Below are positions 1-12,773 of a stretch of DNA of 64,000 nucleotides, one piece after another (the first letter of the stretch is position 1; each line of letters opens with the position of its first letter). The DNA comes from Rebecca billardiae RCC1528. Lineage: Eukaryota > Protista > Haptophyta. Location: NCBI GenBank assembly GCA_965240325.2, contig OZ251250.1, forward strand, positions 124,001 to 188,000, written 5' to 3'. The translations under genes and the position numbers were made by a program. The notes under the pieces are model-generated. The model saw only the letters and a list, made by a program, of their open reading frames with translations, had not been told where the DNA came from and made no database searches.

Positions 1-1777
1 GCCGCTCTCCCGGACTCGGTGCTCCCGGACTCGGCGCTCCCGGACTCTGACGAACCCGAGAGCGCCGGACCGCGGCCGGCGGCGGTGGCGCTGTGCACGG
101 CGGGCGGCGAGCTGCTGCTGCTGCGCGCGCGCGACGGCGGCGCACGCAGCGCCCTGCCGGGGCCCGCCGCCACCGCCGCTGGCTGGGCGTCTGCACTTGG
201 CTCAGTGGCGCTGCTGCCGCCTGTCAGCATGGCTGCCGGCAGCATGGCTGCCGGCGGCGGTGGTGGTGACGGCGACGGCGCGGCGGAGGGCGCGGCGGGG
301 GCGGGGCGCGGGGATGGCTGCGCGCTCGCGGCGCTGCCGGCCGCGGCGCTGCCTGCCGCGCCGGCGCACGCGGCGGCACTGCTCGCCGTCGGCCGCCCGG
401 TGCGCGCGCGCGCGCCGGCCGCACGCGCGCGCCGCGCGGCTGCGCGCACCGCCGCGGCCGCGCGGCGCGCGCGCGCCCGCCGCGCCGCCCGCCCGCGGCG
501 GCGCGCGCGCCTCTCCCGCGTGGCTGGCCGCCCGCCCCGGCGGCGGCGCCCTGAGCTCGCCCCCGCCCGCCGCGCCGCCCCCGCCCCCCGCGCGCCGCGG
601 CGTCCGCTCAGGGCGCGCACGGCGGCGAAGGTTCCGTGAAACTTCTCTGGCTGAGCGCGCGCGGCGCGCTGCTGCAACCGCCCGCCGCCGTGCGCGGCCC
701 GCGTGCGGCGGCGGCGGCTGTGGCGGTGGCGGCCGGTGGAGCTCGTGCCGAGCGGCCGCACCCGCCACAGCCGCGGGGCGCCGCGGCCGATGCCGGCGCC
801 GTGCACGCGAGCGGCGCGGCCGCGGCGCCATGCCGCGGCGCGGCGGCGCGCGGCGGCGGCACTGTCAGCGGCTTCGGCGCCGCGCTGGTGGCGGTGCCGC
901 CCAGCGGCGTGCTGCGCTCGGCGATGCTTCTGATCGGCGCAAGCGGTGGCGGCGGTGCGGCCGTCGGCGGCGGCGCGGCCGCGCGGCCGGCGGCGGCAAA
1001 GCCCTCGGCCGCCGCGCCGCCGACAGCCGGCGCCGAGGCGGCGGCGGGCGCGGGCGCGGGCGGCCCTTCGGATCCCCCGGATACTCCGGATACTCATACG
1101 GGTATTACTCTGGATCTACCCTCGCCGGCGGCCGAGCTGGGGGCGGGGGGCGTGTTCGCTCTCACGCTGCGCGCGGACGGCGGCGGCGCGGCCGCGCCGC
1201 CGTGCGCCGTGCGCTGCGGCGGCGCGGACGGCGGCGGCGGCGGCGGCGCCACCGCCGCCGCCGCGTGCGCGGAGCGCGCCGCGGCCGCACGCGCGCGCTG
1301 CGCGGGCGCGCCGCCGGCCGGCGCGCCGCCTGCTGCCGACGGCGGCGCGGAGGCCGGCGCGGCTGGGGTGGGGGGCGGCCCGGGTCCGCAGGCGCGCGGA
1401 GCAAGCGGCGGCGATGGCCCGGCCAAGGGAGATACGATCTCCCTTAAGGGAGATAGTATCTCCCTTGGCCAGGCCCCTGAAGCGCCGCCGCTCTCGCGCG
1501 CCGCCGCCCTCGGCGTCGTGGCGCTGTGCGCGGCCGGCGGCGGCGGCAGCCATGCGGCTGCTGCTGCTGCTGCGCAGCATGCTCGCACCGCGCCGCCGCC
1601 GCCGCCGCCGCCGCCAGCCGCCGCCGCCGCGGACGGGTCGGACGGCGGCGACGCGCTGACGACAGTCACAGCGGCCGCGGCATTGAAGACTCCGACTCCG
1701 CCTCCGAGTCCGGCCATGGCGGCGCCCTCGGCCGCTGAGCCACAGCCCAGGGCTGATGGGTCGGGTGCCCACGGCAT
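1..1777 (-). CDS. Hypothetical low-complexity Ala/Pro/Gly/Ser-rich protein, runs off the window start, probably intron-containing
   Basis: Minus-strand open frames (1094-2017, 608-862) and a 15-bp repeat at 1-50 reading SGSAESGSTESG. No recognisable domain; strand and exon structure uncertain. Confidence 0.3.
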
Positions 1778-2000
1778 GACGGCAGTCCACGCCGCCGGCC
1801 CACTACGCCGCCGCCGACGACGACGACTGCTGACACTACGACGGTGACGCAGACGCCGACGATCCGACATCCGTCTGTCAGCCAGGCTGCCAGGCGCCGC
1901 GGCCCGCGGACGACTCTTGTTCTTACTACGCCAATATATGGGGGTACAGGCCTCGCAGGCGGACGGCTGAACGCATTTTCCGGCGCGGCGCAGCCATGGC

Positions 2001-2124
2001 ATCGGCGACGTCTTCATGGGCGGTGACAGTTCAAGTTGGCGGGCGTCGATCTCGCCTGCCTGAGCTGTGTGCGTCTCATATTCGTCTGAGTTGCGTCAAT
2101 CTCGCCTGCCTGAGCTGTGTGCGT
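2001..2124. repeat. Dispersed repeat fragment with two copies of the core (c)aatctcgcctgcctgagctgtgtgcgt
   Basis: 2001-2077 aligns with 47261-47331; the core recurs at ~2097, ~7193 and ~47301. Confidence 0.85.
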
Positions 2125-2237
2125 ATAAACTGTTAACTGTATAAGCTGCCAGCACGCAATAAGTGTATATCCAGTTATCGTCATCAGTTGTCGTACTGGC
2201 TGGTAGTACTCCGTACGGTAGCGGGGTCTGGCGAGCG

Positions 2238-4356
2238 ATGGCGGCGGCCGCCGCGCGTGTGGCGCGCGACGTGCCGGCGGCGTGGTCGCGCTGGGTGCTG
2301 CCGTCGCCGTACGGCGCGGGCGGCCGCGTGGAGGGCTTCGTCGCGCCCGGCTGGGACCGCGTGCGCGCCGCGTTCGAGGCCAACTTCGCCGCCGGCCAGG
2401 AGCTCGGCGCGCAGCTGACGATCCGGCGGCGCGGCCGCGTCGTCGTCGACCTCTCAGGCGCCTCGGCCTCGGCGCGCGCGCCGGCGGGGTACGGCGCGTC
2501 GACGATGCAGTGCGTGTACTCGACGGGCAAGAACCTCGAGGCCGTCGCCGTCGCCATGCTCGTCGACCGCGGCCTCCTCGACTACGGCGAGAAGGTGGCG
2601 CGCTATTGGCCGGAGTTTGGCGCCGCGGGTAAATCCGGAGTAACGGTCGCCGACCTGATGCGGCACGAGGGCGGCGTGCCGATCCTCGCGCAGGCGGGGC
2701 ACGAGCACGACCGCGCGCGCGACCGCAAGCTCACGCCCGACGACGTGCGCGCCGTCGAGCCCATGGAGGCGATGATTGCGGCCGCCGCTCGGATGCCGCC
2801 GCCGCCGCCGCCGGCCGCGGGCGGCGCGGGCGCTGAGGGCGCGTACAACCCGCGGTGCTACCACATGCTCACGCGCGGCTTCGCCGTGAGCGCGCTGCTC
2901 CGCCGCGTCGACCCCGCCGGCCGCTCCCTCGGCCGCTTCGTCGCCGACGAGATTGCATCTCCCCTCGGCCGCGCGTGCGACGGCGGCTCCGAGGTGCGCG
3001 CGAGATTGCATCTCCCCTCGGGTAGGGTTGGGGTTAGGGTTGGCGCGGCGCGAGATTGCATCTCCCCTCGGCGCGGCGCGGCGCAGGGTGGCGCCGGCTG
3101 GCGGGCTCGCTCGCCTGCGCGCGCGCGGCGTGCGCGCCCGCCACACCTCGCGGCAGCGCTCGCTGCGCCGTTGGACGGATGGCCTGCCCTAACCCTAACC
3201 CTAACCCTAACCACCATTGGACTGGCCTGTACCGCACCGCACCGCACCGCACCGCACCGCACCCTGACTGATACGCACCCAGCCGCCTTGGCTCCCGGAC
3301 TCCTGGCCTCGCACCGCACCGCGCCGCTCCGGCTGCCGCTGCTGCCGCGCACGCCCCTGCCCGCGACCCTCACCCTCGCCCGAACATACGACACGCGACA
3401 CGCTACGCGCTACACCGCACCCCGCCCGACCACGCCACCGCGCGCCCGCGCGGTGCCGGCCGCACGGCACGCGCCGCGCGCGCGTTCCCTCGCCCGCGCC
3501 CGCCGCGGCGCACGCGCGCTGCCGCAGCTGCGCTGCCGCATGCAGCCTGATCCCGACCGCGCCGCGCGCCGCCCCTCCTCCCCCGCCGCCACCCCGCCTC
3601 CGCACAGCGCGCGCGCGTGCACAGCTGCGCTGCGGCATCCCAACCGCCGAGCAGCGAGATTGCAATCTCGCGCCGCTGCGGCAGCCGAGCCTTCTCTACG
3701 CCGGCGGTTGCATCCTGCTGCCCGCGCTCCTCGGCCTCGGGTGTCCGGTGCTCTCCGCCACCATCCGGACTTTCCGCAGCTCCACCTCCATCCTCACCTC
3801 CGTGCCGGTCACCTGGTTCGACCCCAAGCTGCCTCGGCCCTCGTTCAACAACACGCCGGAGGGGCGCGCGCTCGAGATCCCGAGCGCGGGCGTGTACGCG
3901 AGCGCGCGCGGCCTCGCGGCGCTGCACGCGACGATGGCGTCGGGCGGCCTCGTGCCCGACGACCGCGCCGACGACGCCGGGGGTGGCGGCGGCGGTGGCC
4001 GCGCGGCCGAGCCCCGCGCGCGGCTGCTCTCCGCCGAGGCGGTGGCGGAGGCGCTGGCCGAGCCGGTCGACCGGCCGGACACCGGACTCGAGGGCAACGC
4101 GTGGGCGATGACGCGCGGCGGCTTTGCGCGGCTCGACACCCTGCGCGGCCTCGCCTTCCACCCGGACGACCCGGGCGCCTACGCCGGACTGGTGGGCTGG
4201 GGCGGCTGGGGCGGCTCGATCGGCGCGTGGGACCCAGATCGCGATCTCGCGCTCGCGTACGTGCCGAGCGGGATGGGGCCGTACCTGATCGGCGGGCCGC
4301 GCTCGCGCGCCATCCTGCACGAGGTGCAGCGCGCGCTCGCGGAGACGGGCGGCTGA
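2238..4356 (+). CDS. Beta-lactamase-family (class C/PF00144-like) serine hydrolase; exons 2238-2993 and 3625-4356 (~495 aa)
   Basis: SxxK motif (YSTGK), LLDYGEKVARYWPEF, LMRHEGG, EIASPLG, GWGGWGGS..WDPDRDLALAY. A GT..AG intron at 2994-3624 joins the two ORFs in phase 0. Confidence 0.88.
3188..3211 (+). repeat. Interstitial telomere-like (CCCTAA)4 in an intron
   Basis: ccctaaccctaaccctaaccctaa. A G-strand version (ggtagggttggggttagggtt) lies at 3021-3041 in the same intron. Confidence 0.8.
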
Positions 4357-4701
4357 GCGGTTGACACCGTGCCGCCAGGCAGCACGGGCGGTGTGACGGC
4401 GCTGGGCGCGGCCGCTCATGAGTGAGCACTAGCGACGCTGCGCTTCGGCCGGCAGCATCGTCCGGTGACAGCGGCGGCGCACCTTATTATCACAGCAACG
4501 TGACTTCTTTTAGTTGAAGCGCGGCCGTTAGCGTAGTCTGCGTAGTAGTGTATCCAGCGGCCGAGATTATATATATATAATTTTATTATCGTCGAAATTT
4601 ACGTAGTACTATATATGCGCTGCGCGCGCGCCCCTAGGGGGCGGCGCGCGCGCGCGGCTGGTCCCCCCTGCATGCCCGCACCGTCAGCTGCCTGATTGCC
4701 G

Positions 4702-7100
4702 CTACCCAGCCCCGCTACCGTCGCGCGCGACATCCGCGCCGCGTAAATCACCGTCACCGAGCGGTCCGAGCGCGCCGCCATCATCAATTTGCTCCTGAGT
4801 GCCGAAAACTCCTTCGATCTCCGGAAGCCCAGCCTCCTCGCGCAGGAGCTTGCGCGCCGTCATGCACTCCGCGATCAGGTCGATCGCGTCGGTCTCCGCC
4901 CTGCGCTGCCATTCGCGCTGCCGCTTGGCGTACTTCTTCAGCCAGAGCCGCCGCACCTTGTCGCCGAACTCCTCTGAGACAGACCTCTGCCCACGTCGCA
5001 GGCGACACGCGGCGCACGAGCTGCGCGACCGTCGAGATGTGCGGCTCCGCCGTCGACTTCTTCCCCTCGGCGTACTCGCGGGCGAATGAGTCGAGTGACT
5101 TGCGCGCGTGCACGAGCGGCATCGCACGCTTGGTCACCTGCACGAAATGCCCCTGTACCTGCTCGTCCGCGAGCTGCACGAGGCGTCCCCGCCGCCTGAG
5201 GCGAGACGCCGTCTGCGCCCGCCTCCGTGACCGCCCAGACGTTGAAGCGGAGCGGTGGGACGTTGTGCGAGCCCTGGCCGGCGAGGCTGGCGAGGCTGAC
5301 GTAAGCGCCGGTGCACGCCACGATGACCTTCTGCTCCTCCGCGTAGTCGGCCGCCTTGGCGCCGCCGCCAAAACCGCCGCCGGCCGAGCTGCCGCCTGCC
5401 GAGGCAGTGCTGCCACCGAGGCCGCGCCGCTGCGCGCCGCCGCCGGCCGCGCCGCCACCGGCCGCGCCGCCACCAGCCGCACCACCACCCGCACTGTCAG
5501 CCGCGCCGCTGGCCGCGCCACATGCCGCGCCACCGGCCACGCGGACGCGAGCACCGGCTGTGCCGCTAGCCACGCCGCTGCCACTGCCGGCCGCGCCGCC
5601 CACGCCGCCGCCCACGCCCGCGCCCGCGCCCGCGTTGCCAGCCGCGCCCCCGGCCGCGCCGCCGGCCGCGCCGCCGGCCGCGCCACCGGCCGCGCCACCG
5701 GCCGCGCGGACGCCAGCGCCAGCGGTGCCGCCAGCCACGCAGCTGCCGCTGCTGCTGCCACCAGTGCTGCTGCTGCCGCCCGCACCGGCCGCGCCGCCGC
5801 CGGCCGCGCCGCCGCCGGCCGCGCCGCCGCCGGCCGCGCCGCCGCCGGCCGCGCCGCCGCCGGCCGCGCCGCCGCCGCCCGCGCGATCGCCAGCGCTGTC
5901 AGCCGCGCCGCTGTCCGCGCCGCCGGCCGCACCTCCGGCCGCGCCTCCAGCCGCGCGGACGCCAACGCCAGCTGTGCCGCCAGCCACGCCACTGCAGCTG
6001 CCGCCCGCGCCGCCCGCGCCGCCGCCAGCACCCGCGCCCGCGTTGCCAGCCGCGCCGCCACCCCGCGTCCGGCCGCGTCGCCGGGCGCACCGCCGCCTGG
6101 CGCGCAGTTGTCGGGCGTGCCGCCGTCGGGCGCGCCGCCACCGGGCCCGCCATCGCCCGCGCTGTCAGCCGCGCCGCCGGCCGCGCCGCAGGCCGCGCCA
6201 CCGGCCGCGCGGACGCCAACGCCGGCTGTGCCGCCAGCCACGCCGCTGTCGCTGCAGCTGCCGCCGCCGCCGCTGCTGCCAGCCGCGCCGGCCGCGCGCG
6301 GCCGCGCCGCCGGCCGCGCCGCCGCCGGCAGTGCCGCCGCCGGCCGCGCTGTCAGCCGCGCCGCTGGCCGCGCCGCCGGCCGCGCCACCGGCCGCACGGA
6401 CGCCAGCGCCGACTGTGCCGCCAGCCACGCCGCTGCCGCTGCCGCTCGCGCCGGCCGCGCCGCCGCCCGTGCCCACGGACGCGCCCGCGTTGCCAGCCGC
6501 GCCGCCCGCCGCGCCGCCGGCCGCGCCGCCGACCGCGCAACCGGCCGCGCGGACTCCAGCGCCGGCGGCACCGCCAGCTACGCCGCTACCGCTGCCGCTG
6601 CCGCCGCTGCCGCCGGCCCCGACGGGCGGTTGGCGGTGTTGAGCCCGCCTGTATCGATGTCGTGCCCTCCGTGGCTCCGTCGTGGGACGACGCAAGCGAG
6701 CGCAGCCCCTCGGGAGCCTCAGCCATGCGGCTGCACTTAGCACAGCGCGCGATGAGTGCGGCGGCGCCTTCGAGATACGCCGTACGGAGCTTGCCGACAT
6801 CCCGAATGACCTCTCGCTCGTGCTTGACGGTGGTGTTCGCCTGCTTGATCCACGTGTCGTTGTCGTTGACGGGCAGCGTGCCGGCACTTCTCTGCCTCGG
6901 CCATCGACTCAGACACATAGTCAGACACCTTGCGCTGGTCGTTGTCCACGTCGCGCGCGTCTGTGAGGTCTCTTCGGGTGCGCATGGTCCTCACGCGCAC
7001 CGCCTCGCGCGCGAGATCGCGGCATATCACGCCCAGGTCCTCCTGCGGCGTGTGCTTGCGCGTGCGCCGAGCGGCGCCATGCTGTTTGAACGGTGTGGTG
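4702..7100 (-). pseudogene. Multiply frameshifted gene relic with a central Gly/Ala repeat region, possibly TE-borne
   Basis: Protein-like segments are spread over successive frames: DLGVICRDLAREAV.., DTWIKQANTTVKHERE.., GVAGGxAG repeats, DYAEEQKVIVACTG.., LVQLADEQVQ..WAEV, SEEFGDKVRRLWLKKY... One shift is explained by a 4-bp GTCT duplication at ~4977-4984. Confidence 0.55.
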
Positions 7101-7191
7101 GGCGGCGTCCGCGGATTCCCAGACGACAACCTTATTAATACCTTATGCTGATAATATGCCATATACCCTCTCCAAGTTGGCGTATTATTGG

Positions 7192-7343
7192 TCAATCTCG
7201 CCTGCCTGAGCTGTGTGCGTCTCTTACTGTATTGACTGAACCTCATCCATGACTAACCCGTGTCCGGTCAATCCGGTGGTCATATACGCATTCGAGTATA
7301 ATTTAGCCGTCCTGCCATACCTGTGTCGTTAAAGTCATAGAAT
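7192..7343. repeat. Dispersed repeat fragment: core motif plus putative right TIR cctgtgtcgttaaagtcatagaat
   Basis: Core is shared with 2050/2097/47301. The terminal motif recurs at ~25891 (+) and inverted at 47191-47213. Confidence 0.75.
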
Positions 7344-7520
7344 GGGGTACGGCTCGTCCGATGAACCCTTGCTGGCACCAATCAGGCAGCCGTTGTCGTC
7401 ATCATAGTGATCAAGTTTCCTACGCGCCCGCGACCGGCGCAACCGCGGCACGCGGCGAGCCGCCGAGCCTTGAGCGAGCTGCTCCCCACGCGTCGTGATC
7501 AGACCTCGCTAGCCGCTCCG

Positions 7521-9567
7521 ATGTCTCGACCGCCCTCGTCGCTCTGCTCGCTCCTCGCGCTCGCGGCGTGGGCTGTGGCCCCTGCGACGTGCTTCGACTT
7601 CGTCATGGGCGGCGAATTCGGCCCCGCGTGCGCCATCCTCGACACGGGCGAGACCAAGTGCTGGGGGCGAGGCACCTACGGACCGCACGGCCACGAGGAC
7701 GTCCAGAACCGCGGCTACGGCCCCGGCGAGATGGGGAACAACCTGCCGGCGATCGACCTGGGCACGGGGCGCACGGCGAGGCAGATCTACTCGAGGGAAT
7801 CGGGCGCCTGCGCGCTCCTCGACAACGACGACTTCAAGTGCTGGGGCAGGGGCAGGGACGGCCGTCACGGGCTCGGCGACACCGTCGACCGTGGCAATCT
7901 GCCGGGCACCATGGGCGACAAGCTGCCGGCCATCGAGCTGCCGTCCGGTACGGCTGTCGTGAAGGCGGCCGTCGGCGAGGAGTCCCGGTGCCTCCTCCTC
8001 GACGACACCACCACCCGATGCTTCGGCCGTGCGGAGTATCTCGGCCTCGGCCTGTCTGACCGCAACACGCAGAGCGTCGGCGACGGCCCGGGCGAGATGG
8101 GCGACAGCCTGACGGCCATCGACTTCGGAGCGGGGCGGTACGCCGTGGACATCTTCGCCGGCATTAAATCGTTCTGCGCCATCCTTGACGACCGGTCCCT
8201 CAAGTGCTGGGGCCAGAACAACAGAGGCCAGCTCGGCTACGACGACAAGAAGGACCGCGGCGCGGGTACGCAGTCGGGGTGCGCCGACTGCCATCTCATG
8301 GGCGACAAGCTCCCGGTCGTCAACCTCGGGGCCGGCCGGACGGTGACGAGGATGGATCTCTCCGCGCAGCACGCCTGCGCGATCCTCGACAACGACGGTC
8401 TCAAGTGCTGGGGGAGCGGCTGCAACGGCGCGCTCGGCTACGAAGACGACCTCAATCGCGGCGACGGGGCGCTCTACGCGCTGCCCAACCTGATGGGCGA
8501 CAGGCTGCCCTACGTCAACGTGGGCACTGGTAGGACGGCCGTCGCGGTGAGCCTGGCGATGCCCAGTTGTGGCACGACGTGCGTGCTGCGCGACGACGAC
8601 TCCTACGTGTGCTGGGGCGATAACACACGGGGCTACCTCATGACTGGCGACGACCTCAACCGAGGCGAGTTGCCGGGGGAGATGGGCGACGCCCTCCAGC
8701 CCATCTACCTGGGCAAGCACCCGTCCGACCCGGCGAACCGCGAACGGAAGGTCTGCAAGTTCGAGATGGGCGAGGAGACGAACTGCGTGTTCCTCGACGA
8801 TTGCACCCTCACGTGCGTCGGCTACTACCCGCTCCTCGCCCAGGGCGACCAGGTGAGCCGCGGCACCGTGCCGGGCGAGCTCGGCGACGGCCTGCTGCCC
8901 ATCGACCTGGGCGACGGCGCCTTCAGCAAGTGCGAGTCGGGTACGGAGAGGTGCTACCCGGAAGCCTTCGCGAGCCTGCCGAGCCCACCGCCGGGCCCGC
9001 CGAGCCCACCGCCGGACCCGCCGTCGCCGAGCCCACCGCCAAGCCCATCGCCGCCCAGCTCGCCGCCAACGCCCCCGCCACCCAGCCCGCCGCCCAGCCC
9101 GCCGCCACCGCCGTCGCCGCCGCCAAGCCCGCCGCTGCCGCCGTCGCCACCTTCCTCCCCGCCGCCGCCACCGCCGTCGCCGCCGCCGCAAGCCCTGTGC
9201 GGCGCCGGCTGCTTCCTTACGGTGCGCGCCCGCCGCCGCCGCGCGCCACCCGGCGCGCCAAGCGGAGCGCCGCACGTTGTCGCACCCAGCGGCCCGTGAT
9301 TGCCGCGCGTGCGCTGCCGCGCGCCAAGTGAGTCCGACCCAGCGCGCACGTGCGGGGGGCGACTGCGGCACGGAGATGCTACACGCGCATATGATGCGCC
9401 GGGAAGCCCCGTACCCACGCGTGTCATGTGTGCTGCTGCCTCACGATGAGCCCCTGCCCCGTGCCGACTGCGCGTGCCCGCGTGCGCGCGCGCGGCTGCA
9501 GCTTATGGCCTCGCTGTACAGATTCACCGTCGGGAACGTGGTGTGCGGCATCTTTGGCGTGTGCTAG
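7521..9567 (+). CDS. Secreted or surface RCC1/BLIP-II-like beta-propeller protein with Ser-Pro stalk; exons 7521-9221 and 9502-9567
   Basis: Signal peptide (SLCSLLALAAWAVA); repeated CAILDxxxxKCWG..GQLG..GEMGDxLP units; (SPPP)n tract; in-phase GT..AG intron to a short hydrophobic last exon. Confidence 0.85.
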
Positions 9568-9849
9568 CGCAGCTGCTGCTGGCTTGCGCGATCAGATGAT
9601 GATGTACAGATCGATGTACCGGACTGATGCTCATGAGCATCATCAGATGCGCGCGTCCGATATATCGCGGCACGACGTATATAGCGCCGCCAGGTGCCCC
9701 CACCGGATCCGCGGCAGCGTAGTCACTAACGGTGTCGCTGCTCACGGCAGTCACGGTCCGACCTTGGCGCCGCGTCACCGTAGCACTCCTCGTCACCGTA
9801 GCGCACAAGTAGTCGTATAGTACCGCGACCCATCCCTCGTGCCGCGTCG

Positions 9850-11858
9850 TCACGGCTCGGCGGTGTCGGGCAGCGCGACGACGCACATGCCGTCGCGGAG
9901 CTGGTGGATGGAGCACTCGGCCAGCAGACCGGCGCTGCCGCCGCCGCCCGCGCCGCCGCCGCCGCCGCCGCCGCCGCTGCCGCCGCCGCTGCCGGGGCCG
10001 CCGTCGGGTGCAGAAGGGCCTGGGGCGAGGCAGGTGGCGGCGGCGGCGGCGCTGCCTGCGGCGGCGGACGGCGCGGCGGGGCCGTGGGCGCCGCCGCCCG
10101 GACGCGCCTCCCCCGCGCGCGCCGCGGGCGGGACGAGGGCGTAGAACCGCAGGCCGCCGCAGCGGAGCGCGCCGCCGCCGCCGTCCGCGCCCGCGCCGCG
10201 CGCCGCCGCCGCGCCCTCCGCCCGCGCGAGGTGCGCTCGCACAGGCGCGCCGAAGCGCGCGGCGAAGGCCGCGCCGAGCTGCTCTGGGCGCGTGGGCCGC
10301 GGGCCGGCGTAGAGGACGTCGCGGGCGCCGAAGCGCAGGACGAGCGTCAGTCCGGGCGAGTCCGGGGGCGTGGGCGCCGTGGGCGGTGGCGGCGGCAAGC
10401 GCGCGAGCGGCGCGCCGGCTGGCGGCGCGCCGGCGCGCGGCGTGGGCGCATCCGCCGCGTCCACCGCGTCCGCCGCCACGTCCGCCTCCGCGTCCTGCGC
10501 GAGCCGGATGCAGTCCGCGAGCGCGCGCATCCACCGCCGCTTCCCCGCCAGGTCGGGCGCCGCGAGCTGGTGCAGCGTGCGCGCGCGGCCGGCGGCGGCG
10601 CGCGCGGGCGGCGCCGCGCCACCCGCGCGCGCGGCCGCGCCGCCGCCGCCCGCGCGCGCCGCCGCCGCGCCCGCGGCGGTGGCGGCGGCGGCGGCGGCAG
10701 CGGCGGCGGCGCCGCCCGCGGCGGGCGGCACGCTGATGGCGAAGAGGAACGAGCTCGGCCGCTCGTCCAGCAGCTGCGCACCCGCTGCGCAAACCGTCGG
10801 CGTCGGCGCGGCGCGCGGCGGTCGTCGTGTCAGGCGGTGCGCAGCATCGATTATAAAATGAGAATTCGACAGCGCGCAATAAAAAAAACCACCGTGGCGG
10901 GAAACAAAAGGGCGGGCACCCCAAATCGGAGCGTGAGTGGGCGGAGGTCACGGTGGCGATGCACGAGGACGGGGCGTGTCGCACGTGCCGGGCAGCGGGA
11001 TGAGAGCGGGCGCGGCGTGCGCATGCGTGCGCATGCGTGCGCGCGCACGCGCGCGGGGGCGGGCCGGCGGCTCAGAGGCTGAGTGAGAGGGGCGCTGGGC
11101 GGCGCCGAGATCGCAATCTCGCGCGGAGGTCGCACGCTCGCGCCGAGATCGCCATCTCGCGCCGCGCGCACCCGTGAGCAGCACAATCTCGGAGGGCGTC
11201 TCGGAGTGCTCGCCGCCGAAGATGTGCAGCTTGGCGGGCGGCGCCCAGCGCGCCCCCGGCGGCAGCGCCGGCGGGGGCGGCGCGCGCGCGGCCGGCGCCG
11301 CGGCGCCGCCGGCCGCGGCGCCGGCGGCGCGAGCGCTGCCGCTTCGCGCGCCGCCCCCGGCCGCGCTCGCGCCGGCTGCGCCGCCGCCGCCCGCCTCCGC
11401 CGCCGTCGCCGCGGCCGGCGCGCCCTGCCGCGCGCGCGCCCGCCGCCCCGCCGCCGAGCCGGGTAATGCGGGTAATACGGGTAGCGTGAGTACGAGCAGC
11501 CGGTCGTGCCATAGCAGCTCCGAGCCAATCAGCAGCCGGCCCTGCAGGACTCCCACCTCAGTCCGGTGAATCTCGGGCATGTGCGTGAGGCCGACGTAGC
11601 AGCGCTCGAGCGCGGACACGGCGTGCGCGCACACGCTCGCGTGCGCCGCGCGGAACAGCAGCAGCGGCGGGCGCGCGGCCGGCGGCGCCACCGCGGAGCG
11701 CGCGGCGGGCGCGGGCGGCGCGGCCGCCGCGCCGGCGCCGCCGCCCTTCGCTCCGCCGCCCGATGCGGCGGCGGCGGCCGCCACAGCTGCCGGCGGCGGC
11801 GGCGGCGAGCAGAGGATGATGGCAAAGTCGAGCAACGGCGGCGGCTGCGCGATCACCG

Positions 11859-11890
<32 letters not shown>

Positions 11891-12529
11891 GCCGCCGCCG
11901 CCGGGCGCGCGGCGGTGGCGGCGGCGCCGGCCGGGCCGGCGGGCCGGGCGCCGAGCGCCGCGCCTGCCACTTGCTTCTGGTGGCCCGAGGCGAAGCCTGG
12001 GAGCACGTCGTCGATCTCGTGCAGCGCGAGGGTCGTGTGCGCGCCGCGCCCCGGCTGCGCCACGCTCAGCTCCTGCGCCGCGCCGTCCAGCCTCAGCATG
12101 GCCGCCGGCATCGCGCCTGGCTCGGCCGCGGCCGCGGGCGCGCGCGCCGAGCGCGCGCCGAGCGCCTGCTGGTACACGGGGAAGAAGGACGGGCGGGAGG
12201 AGTCTGCGCGCGTGCGCGCGCGCGCGTGCGGCACGCACGCACGCCGGGGCGCCCTGTGATCAGCCGCTCGATCGCGCGCGCGGCCGCGCGGGGGGTCGGC
12301 GGCGGCGGCGGCGCAAGAACGCACCGACGTCAAAGCGCAGCCCGGCGCCGCAGTGGGCGCACGACATGGCGAAGGCGAGCGGGCAGGCCGGGCACTTGAC
12401 GAAGGAGGCGCACTGGGGGCAGCGCACCACGCGCGCCGTGCGGTTGCGCTCCATCGGGAACGTGAGCACGCGCGAGACGCACGGCAGCAGCTCGGCGTCA
12501 TGGCGCCCAGCCGCGGCGGCCGACGCCAT
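9850..12529 (-). CDS. Cys-rich Zn-ribbon plus tandem PH-like domain protein (3+ exons)
   Basis: Exon 1 (12529-12325) has CPQC..CPAC..CAHC. Exon 2 from 12203 has LALHEIDDV..LLLFRA..AVSALE and LQGRLL..LWHDRLLVL..LHIF. The last exon has LHQLAAPDLAGKRRWMRAL, typical of a PH C-terminal helix. Confidence 0.6.
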
Positions 12530-12773
12530 GGCCGATCGAGCGCGCCGACGCGCGACTTGCCGACTGCCGCACTGTTGTCTGTTTGTGCGCAAGCAAATTG
12601 TTTTTCGGCTGATGACGTTTTCGTCGCGCCTTTTTCTTTTCGCGGCGACGATGATTTTGAAAGGGGGGCGCGCCCCGACTCTGCTCTGCAGTGCAGCTGG
12701 CGGCCAGCGCGGGCGGCGGCGGCCATCAGTGCAGTGCAGGGCGCACGGGGGCTGGCCGCGGCGCACGGCGCGC
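12530..12773. promoter_or_regulatory. Short divergent (bidirectional) intergenic promoter region
   Basis: 244 bp, with T-rich tracts, between the inferred ATGs at 12529(-) and 12774(+). Confidence 0.5.

Noticed and set aside
2238-4356. Bacterial antibiotic-resistance gene or contamination
   Set aside because: Intron-containing, host-like composition and motifs; this esterase-like family is widespread in eukaryotes.
5037-6740. Long Pro/Ala-rich plus-strand ORFs (extensin-like)
   Set aside because: Antisense shadows of the Gly/Ala repeat; the flanking protein-like sequence is on the minus strand.
7193-7222. tRNA-derived SINE or spliced-leader reading of the core repeat
   Set aside because: Only a weak A-box resemblance on the minus strand; no B-box, cloverleaf or Sm site.
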